Source of the DNA: Eledone cirrhosa | Taxonomy: Eukaryota | Direction of reading: 5' to 3' | DNA: 64,000 nucleotides | NCBI GenBank assembly: GCA_964016885.1 | Contig: OZ024745.1 | Coordinates: forward strand, 54,498,001 to 54,562,000 | Part shown: positions 41,947 to 54,365 of the stretch, piece after piece | How positions within the stretch are numbered: the first letter of the stretch is position 1 | Layout: every line of letters starts with the position of its first letter | Position numbers and translations under genes: made by a program | Notes under the pieces: model-generated | Seen by the model: the letters and a program-made list of their open reading frames with translations, nothing else | What the model was told of the DNA's origin: nothing | Databases searched by the model: none

Positions 41947-42777
41947 ATAATAATAATAAAAATCGTTCCCGTAAGTTTTTGATTTTTAACATATTCAAAT
42001 CAATTGTGAAATAACAATTCTTAGTACAAATGTTTCATAAACCACCGAATCAAGTCCCATAAAATTTCGGATCCATATTATATTGTTATATCGCTCAAAT
42101 ATTCAATTTTGTATTATATATTTGTATTCAAAAAAGAAAATGGTTATAAATGGAAGAAAACACCCTCTGTCTACACTATATAGAACAGCCAAATAACAGC
42201 AATTTCACCAACACCAGAAACTTGATACACGACCTACCCCATCACACTAAATATAACAGCCAGATAACGGCAATTTCACCACCACCATCACCAATCCCAG
42301 CATCATAATAATAATTACTATTTTTATTGTCTCAAGTTTTAACAAAATGTTTCATTCCAATTTTACGGGAATATGTCAACACAATATATATTAAACATAC
42401 ACGCCACAAACTCATAGATACTACATATCACATAACTCAGTAACGACAACGCCACCGCCGTCACCACTCCATCCATCATTGCTACCACTATCCCATCACC
42501 ACCGCCACCACTCCTTCATTGCTACCACCACTATTCCCCTGTTAACTTGAGCGAGAAAGGGGAAGGTGGCGGTATCACTAGACAAGGGAGAGGCTAGCAA
42601 AAGATATAAATAGATTGACTTAGTGACCTGGCCACCGGCCAAACGTCAACATCAACAACTATGGCACTGCTGGCTCACCCCTTCCTCACCCAGAATATAA
42701 AAAGCCCCAGCACCACCACCGACATAGCCAACAACAATAACAGGTAACTTCAGCAAAAAGCATATTATATTATTGTA

Positions 42778-42828
42778 ATGCACTGGGTGATTGCTGGCCT
42801 TGTGCCTGGAGTGGAGACAATTATTAAT
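42778..42828 (+). mobile_element. SINE family S 3' fragment
   Basis: aatgcactgggtgattgctggccttgtgcc...gacaattatt. Confidence 0.6.
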
Positions 42829-42907
42829 AATTTCATTCTTAAGCCACGCAATGCTCACATTAAGGAACCACTCATGATAATAACAATTTAAAAAAACAAC
42901 AAAAAGA

Positions 42908-45900
42908 AATCCCCGTGACCAAGAAATACCGGGATGGCGGCCGGCGGGGAATAGCCGTGTCTCTAGGGGAGAACGACCCCTCTAGTCTTGGTTGACACTC
43001 GTTCTAGAAGTGGTAACACGAAATGATCACCCCTTGGCGGATAAGGATAAAACGCGACAAAATAAAGTAAATGTCTAATGATAAAATCTCATACCGGTTC
43101 GGCCGTCACCCGGGTAAAAAAGGGCCGCGTCCCTCAGAGAGGAACCAGACTGGGGTCGAAAAATCAGCTAATGGTTCAAACCTTCCCATCACTTCGGAGC
43201 TGGAAACCTCCCATAAACGTAATAGTCCTACTGTTGGCCCTCCATGCTCACCACCAAGAAATCCAAAGAAAAAGAGAGAAAAATGGTCAAGGGAAGATAA
43301 TAAAGAAGTCCTTGAGGCTTTCTACACTGTCATGTACTACCCATCAAATACATCGAATACAGAACAGACATATATCAACTGGAAAAAGAAACATCCCGAA
43401 AACAGAGGCTATATTGAAAGTAACAAACTAGCCAATATACGAAGAAATATTGTAAGAAAAAAGTTACTAACTGATATAGAAATTGATCAGATCAAGCTAT
43501 TAGCACAAAGTCAGCGAAGGGAAAATGAAACATGTGTCAGTGAAAACGAGGTAAATTGTAACACTTCGAATCCCAGCGTTGGGGCGGAATCACTGGCAAC
43601 AGAACAAATTAAAGGAAGGAGGGAGTGCATGCTCAAGATGAAACTCCAAATGAAAATAATGAGATCGTAAATGATAAAGAAATGAATGAGAATGAACTTG
43701 CCAACTTGAAGGATGAAATTATGATCGAATGGATGAAAATGAAAGAATCTGACATAGGGCAACGAGACACCCTCCCTAAGATCCAGAACTCCAAACAGAA
43801 CCAAAAGATAATACACAAGACTAACATAATTCTCAAAAACATTATCATCACAAACAAACTAAACATTACTGATTTAAATCATCTCTATTATGCATCGGCT
43901 AAAGTCACCACTCACTTATGTGGAGTGAAGATGAAAAAACAAAGGAATTCCCACAAGAAATCTACTTGGCAAGAGAACATCAATCGCCAAATAAACCTTC
44001 TCCGATCTGACATAGAAATTTTAACAAACTATAAAGTAGGTGAACATGTTAAACAAATTAAACTTAGAAAATTGAAAAAAAAGTCAGTATAAAATCAACA
44101 AGTGACGTAGACATGCTGATAGAAATAATCAAGCAAAAAGTGTCGGCCAAAGCTGCTCGTATAAGGCGCTTTGAAAAACGATCTAGATTCTATAAGGACA
44201 ATAATATGTTCAAAAACAACCAAAGAAACTTCTACAGAAAAATTGGTAAGTCAACAATAACTGCTAAATCAATACCACCCAAGGAGGAAGTGCAAGAATT
44301 CTGGGAAAAGATCTGGGCCGAGGAAAAAGTTCATAACATATATGCCCCATGGATAGACAGACAAATGAAAGAAAGATACAGCTCACCTTGAGGAACAAAT
44401 ATGGGAAAATATAACAGTTGAACAGTTGCGCTTGGCTCTAAGATAAAACAACAAATGGAAATCCCCAGGAAAAGACAAAATACAAAACTTTTGGATAAAT
44501 GCCTTCACAGAGTCTCATGAGCTGTTAGCCCAACTTTACAATGAAATAGTTAAGGAGCCAGAAAAGATACCATCATGGCTAGTTAACGGCATTACATTCC
44601 TGCTTCCGAAGAATGATGAGACAAACAATCCCAACAATTACAGACCGATAACTTGCTTGACCACAATGTATAAAATTTTAACATCAGTCCTAACTGAATA
44701 CACATATGACCACCTGATAACAAATGACCTATTTCCCATTGAGCAGAAAGGGTGTAAACGAGGCTCATATGGCTGTAAGGATCAGCTTCTGGTTAACAAA
44801 ATGATACTGGAAGATTGTCATAATAGACAGAAAAATCTATCGATTGCTTGGATAGATTATAAAAAAGCATTCGATAGTTTGCCACACAGTTGGATTGAAA
44901 AATGTTTAGAGATTTTCAAAATATCCCCCGTTGTGAGGAGGTTTTTGTCATTCAGTATGAAGACATGGAAAACGACATTCCTTTTGAATAGTGAAACAAA
45001 ATCACTGGAAGCTGGAGAAGTTAATATTAATTGTGGAATTTTTCAGGGTGACTCTTTATCACCGCTTTCATTCTGCATCGCACTTATTCCATTAAGTAAA
45101 ATGCTCAATGAAACAAAACATGGATATAAAGTCTATGACAAAACCATTAATCACTTGTTCTACATGGATGACCTGAATCTATTTGCAAAAAATGATGAAC
45201 AATTGCAAGGGCTATTATCCACTGTGGAGCAGTTCAGTGATGACATTAAAATGGAGTTTGGACTAGATAAATGTGCCAAAGCAACGTTCACCAGAGGAAA
45301 GCTGCTGAAGAGTTCAGACATTAATCTTGATCGGGGGAACGTGATAAGAGAACTTGATCAAGAAAAAACTTACAAATATCTAGGTGTTTGTGAAGGAGAC
45401 GGAATCAAGCACTCGACAATGAGGGAAAGGATAAGGAAGGAATGTTACCGCAGAGTAAGAGCAATCTTAAGAACGGAATTGAATGCAAGGAATAGGATCG
45501 ATGCCATAAACACGCTTGCCATACCAGTAGTAACCTACAGTTACAATGTCATCAACTGGTCAAGCACAGAGATCCGTAGGCTCGATACAAAAATTCGAAA
45601 ATTCTTAACCATGCACAGAATGCATCACCCTAAGGCAGATATAGATAGAATATATCTCCCTAGGAAAGAAGGAGGACGTGGGTTAATCCAGTTAGACATT
45701 GCGTTGAAAACTGCAACAATTGGATTATCTACATATCTAAGGGAATCACATGATTGGATGATCAAACTCGTTTTGAAACACGAAAGCATCAAAAGATCAT
45801 ATTCCATTACAAAAGATGCACAAAGATACAGTAATGGACTACAAATTTCAGAAGTCCCATTTACTGCTGAAATGGAAAACAGAAAAAACAAAGCAGGTAA

Positions 45901-46848
45901 AAGTAACTGCAAAGAAAGAACTGCTACAGAAACTGGCTAAGAAATGGCAAGAAAAGCCTCTGTATGGAAAATACCCAGAGCGAGCTAACAATCCCGATGT
46001 TGACAAAACTTTAACCCATCAGTGGTTAGCATCCTCTGGACTGAGATCGGAGACTGAAGGACTGATTATATCGGCACAAGATCAGTGTCTGCCACAAAAA
46101 ATTACCAAGCCAACATAATAAAAAATGGATGCAGCCCATTATGCCGTCTATGCAAAAAACAACCAGAGACCATTGACTATATAATTTCAATGTGCAGTCC
46201 TATAGCTCCAACCGAATACCTAAACAGGCATGACAGAGCTGCACAATACATACATTGGATAATGTGTAAGCATTTTGACCTGCCCCATCAAAAGAATTGG
46301 TGGGAGCATCAACCACCTCCCATACTTGAAAAAGATCACATATCAATCTTTTGGAACTTTAGCATCCAAACAGACCGAAAAATAGATGTAAGTAGACCTG
46401 TTATAATATTGAAGGACTTTAAAAAGAGGGTATGCCTGCTAATTGATATGTCTGTTCCAATAGACAAGAATGTATCTATAAAACATTTGAAAAATTGAGC
46501 AAGTATAACGACCTGGAGATAGAAATTGGAAAAATGTGGAAATTGAGAACTAAAACAATACCAGTGGTTGTAGGCGCTCTGGGAATGATACCTAAGGGGT
46601 CTAATGATTACTTATCGCAAATCCCAGGAAACCCGCGTATAGGAGAAATACAAAAGATAGTACTAATGGGAACTGCCCATATACTAAGGAAGATTCTGTC
46701 AATATAAGTACATCACAAGTCTAAACACTAAAGATGCATGTGTGAGTATGTATGTTCTTTCTTGAACATGGCGGACCTTGTTGTCTCTTGAGGTCACTGG
46801 TTGTGACTTGGTGATAACTCGTATGAACATAAAGCAAGATAAATGCAA
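42908..46848 (+). mobile_element. R4/Dong-like family B, apparently full length, ORF broken by frameshifts and stops
   Basis: GC-rich 5' UTR, ATG at 43071, fragments through 46707 with KSPGKD, NYRPITCL, WIDYKKAFD, GIFQGDSLSP, HLFYMDD, CRLC..MC, RHD; TAA tail. Confidence 0.9.
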
Positions 46849-46874
46849 CTATAATAATAATAATAATAATAAAT

Positions 46875-47733
46875 ATAACAACAAGGAGGAAGAGCAACCT
46901 TCATGAAAAATCCCTTCAAAGTTCCTTCTTTGAGAAAAAAGAAGTTAGAGATCCACAGACATGGAACTGGTTGAAAAGAGGAGACATTAACAAGGCTACA
47001 GTAGGAATGCTAATGGCTGCACAACAGCAGGCCTTCAAAACGAAGTGGGTGAAACACCATATTTACAAGGAGGAGGCTAGCCCACTGTGTAGAATCTGTG
47101 GAGAGAGAGAGGAGACTGTGGCTCACATTGTATCCGAGTGTAAACACCTAGCCCAGACCCACTATAAAGGCTGGAGACATGACGTTATGGGCAGGGTGAT
47201 CCACTGGCACCTATGCAAAGTAAACAATTTACCACATTCTGAGAAGTGGTATGAGCATAAGCCAGAGTCGGTGACAGAAAACGATCAGGTGAAGGTGCTA
47301 TGGGATTTTAGGATACAGACGGACAAGAGACTGGAACACAATAGACCTGACCTGGTGGTTTTGGACAAGGAAAAAAGATCGTGCCTGATTGTGGATGTGG
47401 CCTGCCCATTCGACACGAGAGTGAAAGAGAAGGAGAGGGAGAAGATTAACCGATACCAGGACTTAAAGTGGGAGGTATAAAGGATTTGGAACTCCCATGA
47501 AGTCAAAGTGGTCCCGATTGTCATAGGCGCACTAGGTACTATCTCAAGGAGTTTCCAGGGATGGTTAAAGAAGATTAGTCCAGCCCCGCTTTTTGGAACA
47601 CTTCAAAAGGCATGCTTGCTGGAAACAGCAAGAACCCTCCGATACGACCTGCATATCTGAGGCTGCAGGTAGTGGCTTGATATTCATTTCAACAAACTTT
47701 CCAGTTAAATAACATCAATGACTGTGACTCAAA

Positions 47734-47735
<2 letters not shown>
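46875..47735 (+). mobile_element. R4/Dong-like family A, 5'-truncated copy
   Basis: Homologous to 40498-41360 (CRIC...HIVSEC, RHD, RPDLV) with a premature stop at 47478-47480; TAA flanks. Confidence 0.9.
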
Positions 47736-47771
<36 letters not shown>

Positions 47772-48013
47772 TTTTCTTTATTAACCACAAGGGTTCACAT
47801 AAAGTAGACATTAAGGACAGTACAGGACAATACAGGACGGTACAAATGGGCATTTCTGCGTGTAAAAAAACAGAGGTTGAAATAAAATAACAAAGAAAAA
47901 TTCCCCAATAGGGGGGAGACTTCCAAGGGACATTTGTGGAGAAAGCCCATTAAAAGACCACAGTGGCCCTGACCACCAGGGCAAGTGCCCTCTCCCAGTT
48001 TTCCACCTTTAAT

Positions 48014-50254
48014 TTACAGACACATACTCAGAGAAGGCCCATTCATTCGGGCCATACTTGCTTCTCTCACCCATCTTTCAACAAAATGCTGGGAAGAGAG
48101 CACTTCCCTCTCTACCCTGATTTTCCTTTTCAAATGAAATTTGAAAAAGTTAATCAGGGCATCACCGAAGAGGTAAGTGCTCGTCTTCAATCCTTTCAAA
48201 CGTGTCCACCATACTATCTCTTTCGCCATGGCCACCAGACAGATAAAAACTGCCTGCCCTTCCAGGCTAAAGGAAGGGGGCGGGGCAATCCTCACGATGG
48301 ACTCAGCTGATAGCTGGATCCGTCCTACACGTGACAGCAGGTGTTCGACATAAACCCACAAGTCAGCAATGCTCGGACACTGGACGAGTGCGTGCAGGAC
48401 GGTTTCGTCGCCCTGCGCGCATCTCGGACATGCCCGGCTGACGGCACCTCCATGCCTGTAGAGTTTATCCCGAACTGGCAAAGCTCCTCGGTAGCACTGC
48501 CAGGCCAGGGATTTCTGGAAGTTGTCCATAGGCCCCGGCCCGAAAGTCCTTCCGAAGAGATTGGCTAGTTGATTTTCGTCGACGCCTAGAGTTTCTCCAA
48601 GTACGTTATCGCTCTTCCCCTCTACTAATCCCCTATAGAACGCCAAGGTGGAGTTTCCACCGATCACATTGCCCGATTGGTCGAGGGCTGTGAGCGCCTG
48701 AAGACATTGCAGTCTCCAAGCGCTCCCTCTCGGTCTTCGCTTGACCCAGGACTGCAGCTCCGTCAAGGAGACGAGCTGGGGAAAAACGTGTCTTGCAAAC
48801 GGCGACCACACCTGATCACCGTCGAGGAAGAGGTGGAGATGTCGTAGCCTGAGCGCGTGTCTGCGCATCATCAGCCACGGCATGCCCAGCCCTCCACGTA
48901 GCGGGTGTTGACAGCAGATGGACCGCCTGACCATCGGAGCGCGTCCCTTCCACAAGAAGCGAAAGAGCAAACGCTCCAGCGCAGTCAGGCGGGGCTTAGG
49001 ACAAGGTACGACGGTCAGGCGGTAGTAGATGACGGATGCGATGTACGCATTCGCCACCTCCGCTCGACCTTTCAGGGATAGCTTCCTCTCGGCCCATTTC
49101 TGGGTGAGAGAAGCCACCCTGCTCGTCACCTCGTCCCAGTTTTTGTCCGTCTGGAGGTCTGGACCGAACCAGACCCCTAGCAATTTAACCGGTCCGTCCG
49201 TCCAGCGCCCGACGACGCTGTTGGACGGCATGGTCCTGCCTCTCCAGGTGCCGAGCTGCAGGCCCACTGACTTTTCCTGGTTGATCATTGCTCCTGTCAC
49301 CGCTTCGTATTCTCTTAGTGTAGTGCCGATCGCCTCGATGTGTTTGGCGTTCGACACCACTACGGTGACATCGTCGGCATATGCTGACACGGATCTTCCG
49401 CATCCTAGTTCGCGCGGGACCCCCCTCAACGTCTCCAGTTTGTGCAGTAATGGCTCGAGAGTCAATACGTACAATAGGGACGAGAGGGGACATCCTTGGC
49501 GGACCGAGCGCATGATGTTGAACGGTTCCGAAAGGTGACCGTTCACTCTCACTACAGAGCAGATGTCGCTGTGCATGGCAGCGATCCAGCCTCTGAAGAC
49601 GGGCCCAAAGCCAGCCGCCCTCAGGACTGCCGTTAGGTAACGATGGTCGACCCTATCGAAGGCTTTCGACTGATCTAAATTGATCAAAGACCCACCCGTG
49701 CCAGGTTCCCTAGCTACCCTCTCTACGATGTATCGCATGAGGTGGAGGTTGTCGTGGATGGATCTGTCGGGAATGGCGCATGTCTGTGCCTCTCCCACCA
49801 GACCACCAACGACAAGCGCCAACCTCTTTGCTAGCACCTTGGCCAAAATCTTGAACTCTGTGTTTAGCAGAGTTATGGGCCTAAAATTATCTATGTTATC
49901 CCCCTTGTTCGGATCCTTTCTCAGCAGCGCCACCGCTCCTCGGCTCACAGAGCTGGGAATTCTCCCGTTCTGTTGCCAGTTGCAGTAGACGTCCGCCAAG
50001 AGGCCTCCGAACAAGTTTGGCAATTGTACGTAAAGTTCATAGGGCAGACCATCCAAACCAGGCGATTTACCCCTTGTGCAACTAGTCATTGCATCCCGTA
50101 CTTCAGCGGTTGTTATCGGCTTTTCGCAACACTCCGCCTCAGTGGCCGAAAGCCGCGGCAGTCCGTCGAGGTAGACACTAAAGTCCATCCCTCGATCCAG
50201 CCCGCCACTGCCCCCGAACAGTTGAGCGAAGTGTCGCTGAAAAGCTTCACACAT
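48014..50254 (-). CDS. ORF2 reverse transcriptase plus C-terminal CCHC finger
   Basis: KSPGLDGLP, FRPITLLN, LDQSKAFDRVDH, VRQGCPLS, SAYADD, CPRC...ETVLHALVQC. Confidence 0.92.
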   Translation of the reverse strand: MCEAFQRHFAQLFGGSGGLDRGMDFSVYLDGLPRLSATEAECCEKPITTAEVRDAMTSCTRGKSPGLDGLPYELYVQLPNLFGGLLADVYCNWQQNGRIPSSVSRGAVALLRKDPNKGDNIDNFRPITLLNTEFKILAKVLAKRLALVVGGLVGEAQTCAIPDRSIHDNLHLMRYIVERVAREPGTGGSLINLDQSKAFDRVDHRYLTAVLRAAGFGPVFRGWIAAMHSDICSVVRVNGHLSEPFNIMRSVRQGCPLSSLLYVLTLEPLLHKLETLRGVPRELGCGRSVSAYADDVTVVVSNAKHIEAIGTTLREYEAVTGAMINQEKSVGLQLGTWRGRTMPSNSVVGRWTDGPVKLLGVWFGPDLQTDKNWDEVTSRVASLTQKWAERKLSLKGRAEVANAYIASVIYYRLTVVPCPKPRLTALERLLFRFLWKGRAPMVRRSICCQHPLRGGLGMPWLMMRRHALRLRHLHLFLDGDQVWSPFARHVFPQLVSLTELQSWVKRRPRGSAWRLQCLQALTALDQSGNVIGGNSTLAFYRGLVEGKSDNVLGETLGVDENQLANLFGRTFGPGPMDNFQKSLAWQCYRGALPVRDKLYRHGGAVSRACPRCAQGDETVLHALVQCPSIADLWVYVEHLLSRVGRIQLSAESIVRIAPPPSFSLEGQAVFICLVAMAKEIVWWTRLKGLKTSTYLFGDALINFFKFHLKRKIRVEREVLSSQHFVERWVREASMARMNGPSLSMCL

Positions 50255-50264
50255 TTGCCCGGGA

Positions 50265-50661
50265 TCGTTCCAAGAAAGGTCTCCAGACGCCGGAAGAAAT
50301 CAGGCCGCCCTGCTCCTGTCGGGGCATAGACGGCCACTAGCCTGAAAGCTTGCCCGTCTCCGCTGGTCACGTCCAGCACCACCAGCTTACCCTCTGGGTC
50401 CAGGAAGATGGCCCGTATGGCGAGATCCAAACCTCTCCGAAAAAGCACAGCAACTCCTCCCCCCGATCCAGGACGGCTGGGAGACGCGTACACATCGAAG
50501 CCGCCGAAGATCGGTGCGAAGGCCCGTGCTTCGGAGATTCTGGTCTCGATGATGGCCACTACATCTATGTTTAGTGACCTGAGGTCGTTGAGCAGGTGAC
50601 CCTGCTTCCATGACGACCCCAAGCCACGCGCATTTATGCTGCCTATTCTGAGTGAGGTCAT
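50265..50661 (-). pseudogene. ORF2 AP-endonuclease, N-terminal half only
   Basis: MTSLRIGSINARGL...DVVAIIETR...GGGVAVLF...FRLVAVYAP. No GDFN or SDH motif follows; the sequence jumps out of frame to the RT-proximal region. Confidence 0.85.
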
Positions 50662-50696
50662 GTTTAAAATAGAGTGGAAAAGATGGGAAAGACCAC

Positions 50697-52620
50697 TTAC
50701 CGTACTTTTCGTAGAGGAGGGATGGTTTTTACATCCCTTTTCACTTGATCGTCTGGTGAAGGGACCGTTGAATCGTCCCTTCGGCTGGTCGTCGGCTCTT
50801 CTATGAGTATGTCCGAATATACTCTTCGATTGATAGTTCCTCCTAGGTCCCTGAAATCACCAACTGCGTTGGGGAATTTCGTTTTAATGTTTGTGTATTG
50901 TTTCTGTGCTATTTTTAGCAGTCTTATGTTAGTTGGCGTTTTGATTGGTGCTGGTATTATGTAGTCGTGTTGTGAAATGTCTGTGTGTTCAATTATGTAA
51001 GTCATTAGTTTCTTGTTGTGTGTATTTATTGCCGTGCATTTGTTTTTCTGGGGGTGGGGTGTGGTTCTGCTATTTTCTTGTCGTTATTGCTGAGTGTGTG
51101 TGTTTTGTTGTTGTGTTTGCGATGTTGGTGCTTGTGGTGGTGGTGTTGAAGTTGTTGTTGGCGATGGGGTTTTCGCCGGTGGTGATGGTGGTGCTAGTGT
51201 GGGTGGTAATGGTGTTGGTGGTGTTACTGCTGTGAGTCTCTTTGCAGTAGACTTTACCCTTTTCTCATTTCTTTCCTCCCTTTTCAAAGGCGACGATGCG
51301 CTGCTTCTGCGTTTGTGCCTTCTTACGAACTTTTGCCATCCCTCTCCCACCTCACACTCCATGTCTGATTCTGTGAGGTCGGGGAGGGGTACCAGCTCCA
51401 CTCTTTCACTTGTTGTTGTTGGTGATGTTTGCACTGGAGTCTCTGTTGCAGCTGCATTTGGTATTGCTGTTGTTGTTGTTAATATTTCCACTGCTGCTGC
51501 TGTTTTTGATTTCCGTGGCGTGGGTATGGGTGCCACGGACCTATCGTTCCTTGTTGCCGTTTGTCCTGTTGCTGGTAGCCGTGGAGCCGGTTTCGGAAGG
51601 AGGGGGGTTTTCTCCTTTCTCAATGTCTTCTCGTTGCAGAAGGCCCTGAGGTGAGTCTTCGATCCACAGCGAAAGCATTTCGGGCGTTTTCCCTCAACAC
51701 TTATGGGCAGTTGAGTGCCGTTATCAAAGTCTATCACATCCGGGATAGCTTCGATGCACTCCTGGTTGGTTTGGATTAACATCTCAATGGAGGTGCCGAC
51801 CCAATCTTCTCTTACTTTTTTCTGTACTTGCAGTACAGTTGTTTTGTCCTCGATTCCGACGAGCACAGACGCGGCCAGCCAAGAAGGGGCCATCCCGGGG
51901 GTGGGGGGTCAGTTTGACCCTCACAATTTTTTGCCCGCAGTAGGAGGGCACCAACACCATTTCCTCGCTCCTTAGGGTCACTACGGATTGAGCCTTTGCC
52001 TCCTGGGGTGTGGCAAAAAGTACGTCTACGGTGGCATATTTTTTGCCTCGGGTGATGTGCGTTTTCCGCTGCCACACAGACCCCAAGGCTTTTTGTATTT
52101 GAGCCTCTGTGGCTCTTTCAACCCTACGAGATTTTGTACTTACTGTACGGTACGTGACCGTACAGTGCTGTTGGGTTTCGAAAAATGTTTCCGCTGCCTT
52201 GCAGATTGCTCGGTGTCCAGTCTTTGTCACCATCTTCTTCGCTTCCTCTAATTCCTCATTTGTTATGAGGATTGTTTCCAGGTTCTTCGCGATACCTGCA
52301 AACGAGATGGGTTTTTCTTTGCTGCTGTTGTTGTTGTTGTCGTCAGAGCTGCTGTTACTTTTGTTGTTGCTGCAGGTACTACGACTACTGCCTCCGCCGC
52401 TGTTGCTGTGGTTGTTGTTGGTGTTGCTGCTGCTAATGCTGTTGTTGTTTATGCTGCTGGTGATGCTGTTGCGGCTGCTACTGTTGTTTTCATTGTCACT
52501 GTTGCTGTTGTTATTACGGCTGCTACTGCTATTATTCCTGACGTCAGACGAATGAAATGGGTTTTCGTATTTCCCGCACACCTGTTTCGTCGTTGTCGTC
52601 GTCGTCGTGGAGAAATCTTG
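50697..52620 (-). pseudogene. ORF1 gag-like protein in frameshifted pieces; start uncertain
   Basis: Zinc knuckle CFRCGSKTHLRAFC, ISFAGIAK, WQKFVRRHKRR; frame change at the C-run near 51900. Confidence 0.75.
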
Positions 52621-52777
52621 CACGCTTTGCACGAGACTTTTCTTTTCTGTCGTCGCTTGCGAAAGAGAAGGGAGGGAGAGAGACACATTTAAAGAAGGGA
52701 GGGAGAGAGACAATCTTCTCTCTGCTGTAGTGATGATTGAGGAAGAAGAAGACGGAATGAGTGGGAGTGACCTAATG

Positions 52778-53086
52778 GTTTCTGATTTGGGCACAAAGCC
52801 AATAATTTTAGGGGAAGGGGAAAGTCGATTAAATTGACCCAGTGCATTACTGGTGCTATATTTTATCGACCACGTAAGGATGAAAGGCAATGCTAACCCA
52901 TAATAATAATTGTTTCTACTTTTGGCATAAGGCCAGCAATAATCCAGTGCATTACTGGTACTCTATTTTATCGACCCCGTAAGGATGAAAGGCAAAGTGA
53001 ACCTCGTTGGGATTTGAACTCAGACCGTAAAGGGACGTAATTATGCTGGAAATCATGGCGTCCGACCCTCTACCGATACTGCCAAA
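52778..53086 (-). mobile_element. Two adjacent SINEs: a truncated variant (52778-52890) and a family S copy (52908-53086)
   Basis: Both contain ccagtgcattactggt...ttttatcgacc.cgtaaggatgaaaggcaa. Confidence 0.85.
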
Positions 53087-53399
53087 ATGCTTTCGCGAAC
53101 TACCCGCGTAGTGTATTCGCCTCATATGCAGGTTCACGTTCATTCTGTACTTCTTTACTTTTGCAACCAGTGCTGTTCCAAACAAATCTACTTCATTCAC
53201 TGCCCTCAGTAACACCTATCTGAACGCACATAAATATTGCTCTAACCCCTCAATTTCTATTTTAACACAATTTTCTATGCCAAACAAACCTCAGCCTAAG
53301 TTTGCTCGGGGTTATGTGCTACTCTGCCCTTGTTCAATCTATGATAATATGGCCAGCGTTATACCCTGGAGACTGTGTGGGAAGTGTGGATTTAACAAG

Positions 53400-53800
53400 G
53401 CAAAAAAATGAGAAAGTACTGGAAGCGGAAGATTTTATGGGATTTACCCATCAAACCCACAAACGGCTAGATCATAATAGATCAGACATTACTGTAATCG
53501 AATTGAAAAATATAACGTGTCATTTGATAGACAAAGTTTCTCCATATGATACTTGCAGAGAAGGAAAAGAAGAAGCGTGCACAAATTACAGTCCTCTGAA
53601 ATATCAAATTTCAATCATGTGGAAGATGAAAAAGGTGAAAGTGATACCAGTAGTCGTTGGCGCATTAGGGGCGATCTCAAAAGCATTTTGATAAATTGAT
53701 TAAAAAAACTACAATTGAATCTGACAGTGGAAATGTTACAGAAACCTTGTTTGTTCGGAACCGTTAGGATAATAAGAAAGGTATTGGTTATAAACTGAAA
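53400..53800 (+). pseudogene. Old RLE-type retrotransposon 3' fragment
   Basis: QTHKRLDHNRSDITVIE...WKMKKVKVIPVVVGALGAISK. Confidence 0.75.
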
Positions 53801-53864
53801 AAAAGAAAACAACGTCATGATACGAAAGACAACTGGAAGGCCATGAGCTCGGTTTCGGTTGTTA

Positions 53865-54365
53865 GAAACTATATGAAACGCAAACCATTTTGTACATATT
53901 AAGGAGGCGTGACAAGGTTTGTGCTAAGATGCATTGGATATAGTACAAGAAGTATGGCATTGATGTTGTTTGGGAATGGTACCAGCACAAGACAGAATCA
54001 ATGGTAAAAGACGAAATTGTTAAGATATTGTGGGATATGAGTATTGAAACTGATAGAGCGATCAAACACAGACGACCTGAGATTGTAGCGACTGGAAAAA
54101 CGGCAAATAAAAGTTTCACAATTAATGAGGCCTGTCCAGTGGATACCGATCTGGCAGGAAAGGGAAATAAGAAATGTAGGGTGGGAATAGCAAGGATGTG
54201 GAATAAAGAGATATGCATCATTCCCTTGATCATTGGGCCTTTTGGATAAATCCCACCCAATTCTGACAACGACTTGAAAAAACTAAACATAGAATATGAG
54301 GTGAATATTCTTCAAACTTCAATGCTTTTAAGGGCAGCACACATACTGCAAAGATTTTATCCATT
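53865..54365 (+). pseudogene. Second old RLE-type retrotransposon 3' fragment
   Basis: RRDKVCAKMHW...WYQHKTESMVKDEIVKILWDMSIETDRAIKHRRPEIV...EACP...IPLIIGPFG. Confidence 0.75.

Larger units (their letters stand above)
47771..52760 (-). mobile_element. L1/Tx1-like non-LTR retrotransposon (ORF1 plus ORF2), internally deleted; 5' boundary approximate
   Basis: Gag-like ORF1, APE N-terminus and RT. The 3' end ...GGTTAATAAGAAAAC is joined to (ATT)n. Confidence 0.88.

Noticed and set aside
49029-49988. Plus-strand ORFs within the Tx1-like element, and minus-strand ORFs within the Dong-like elements
   Set aside because: Antisense shadows of RT coding sequence.
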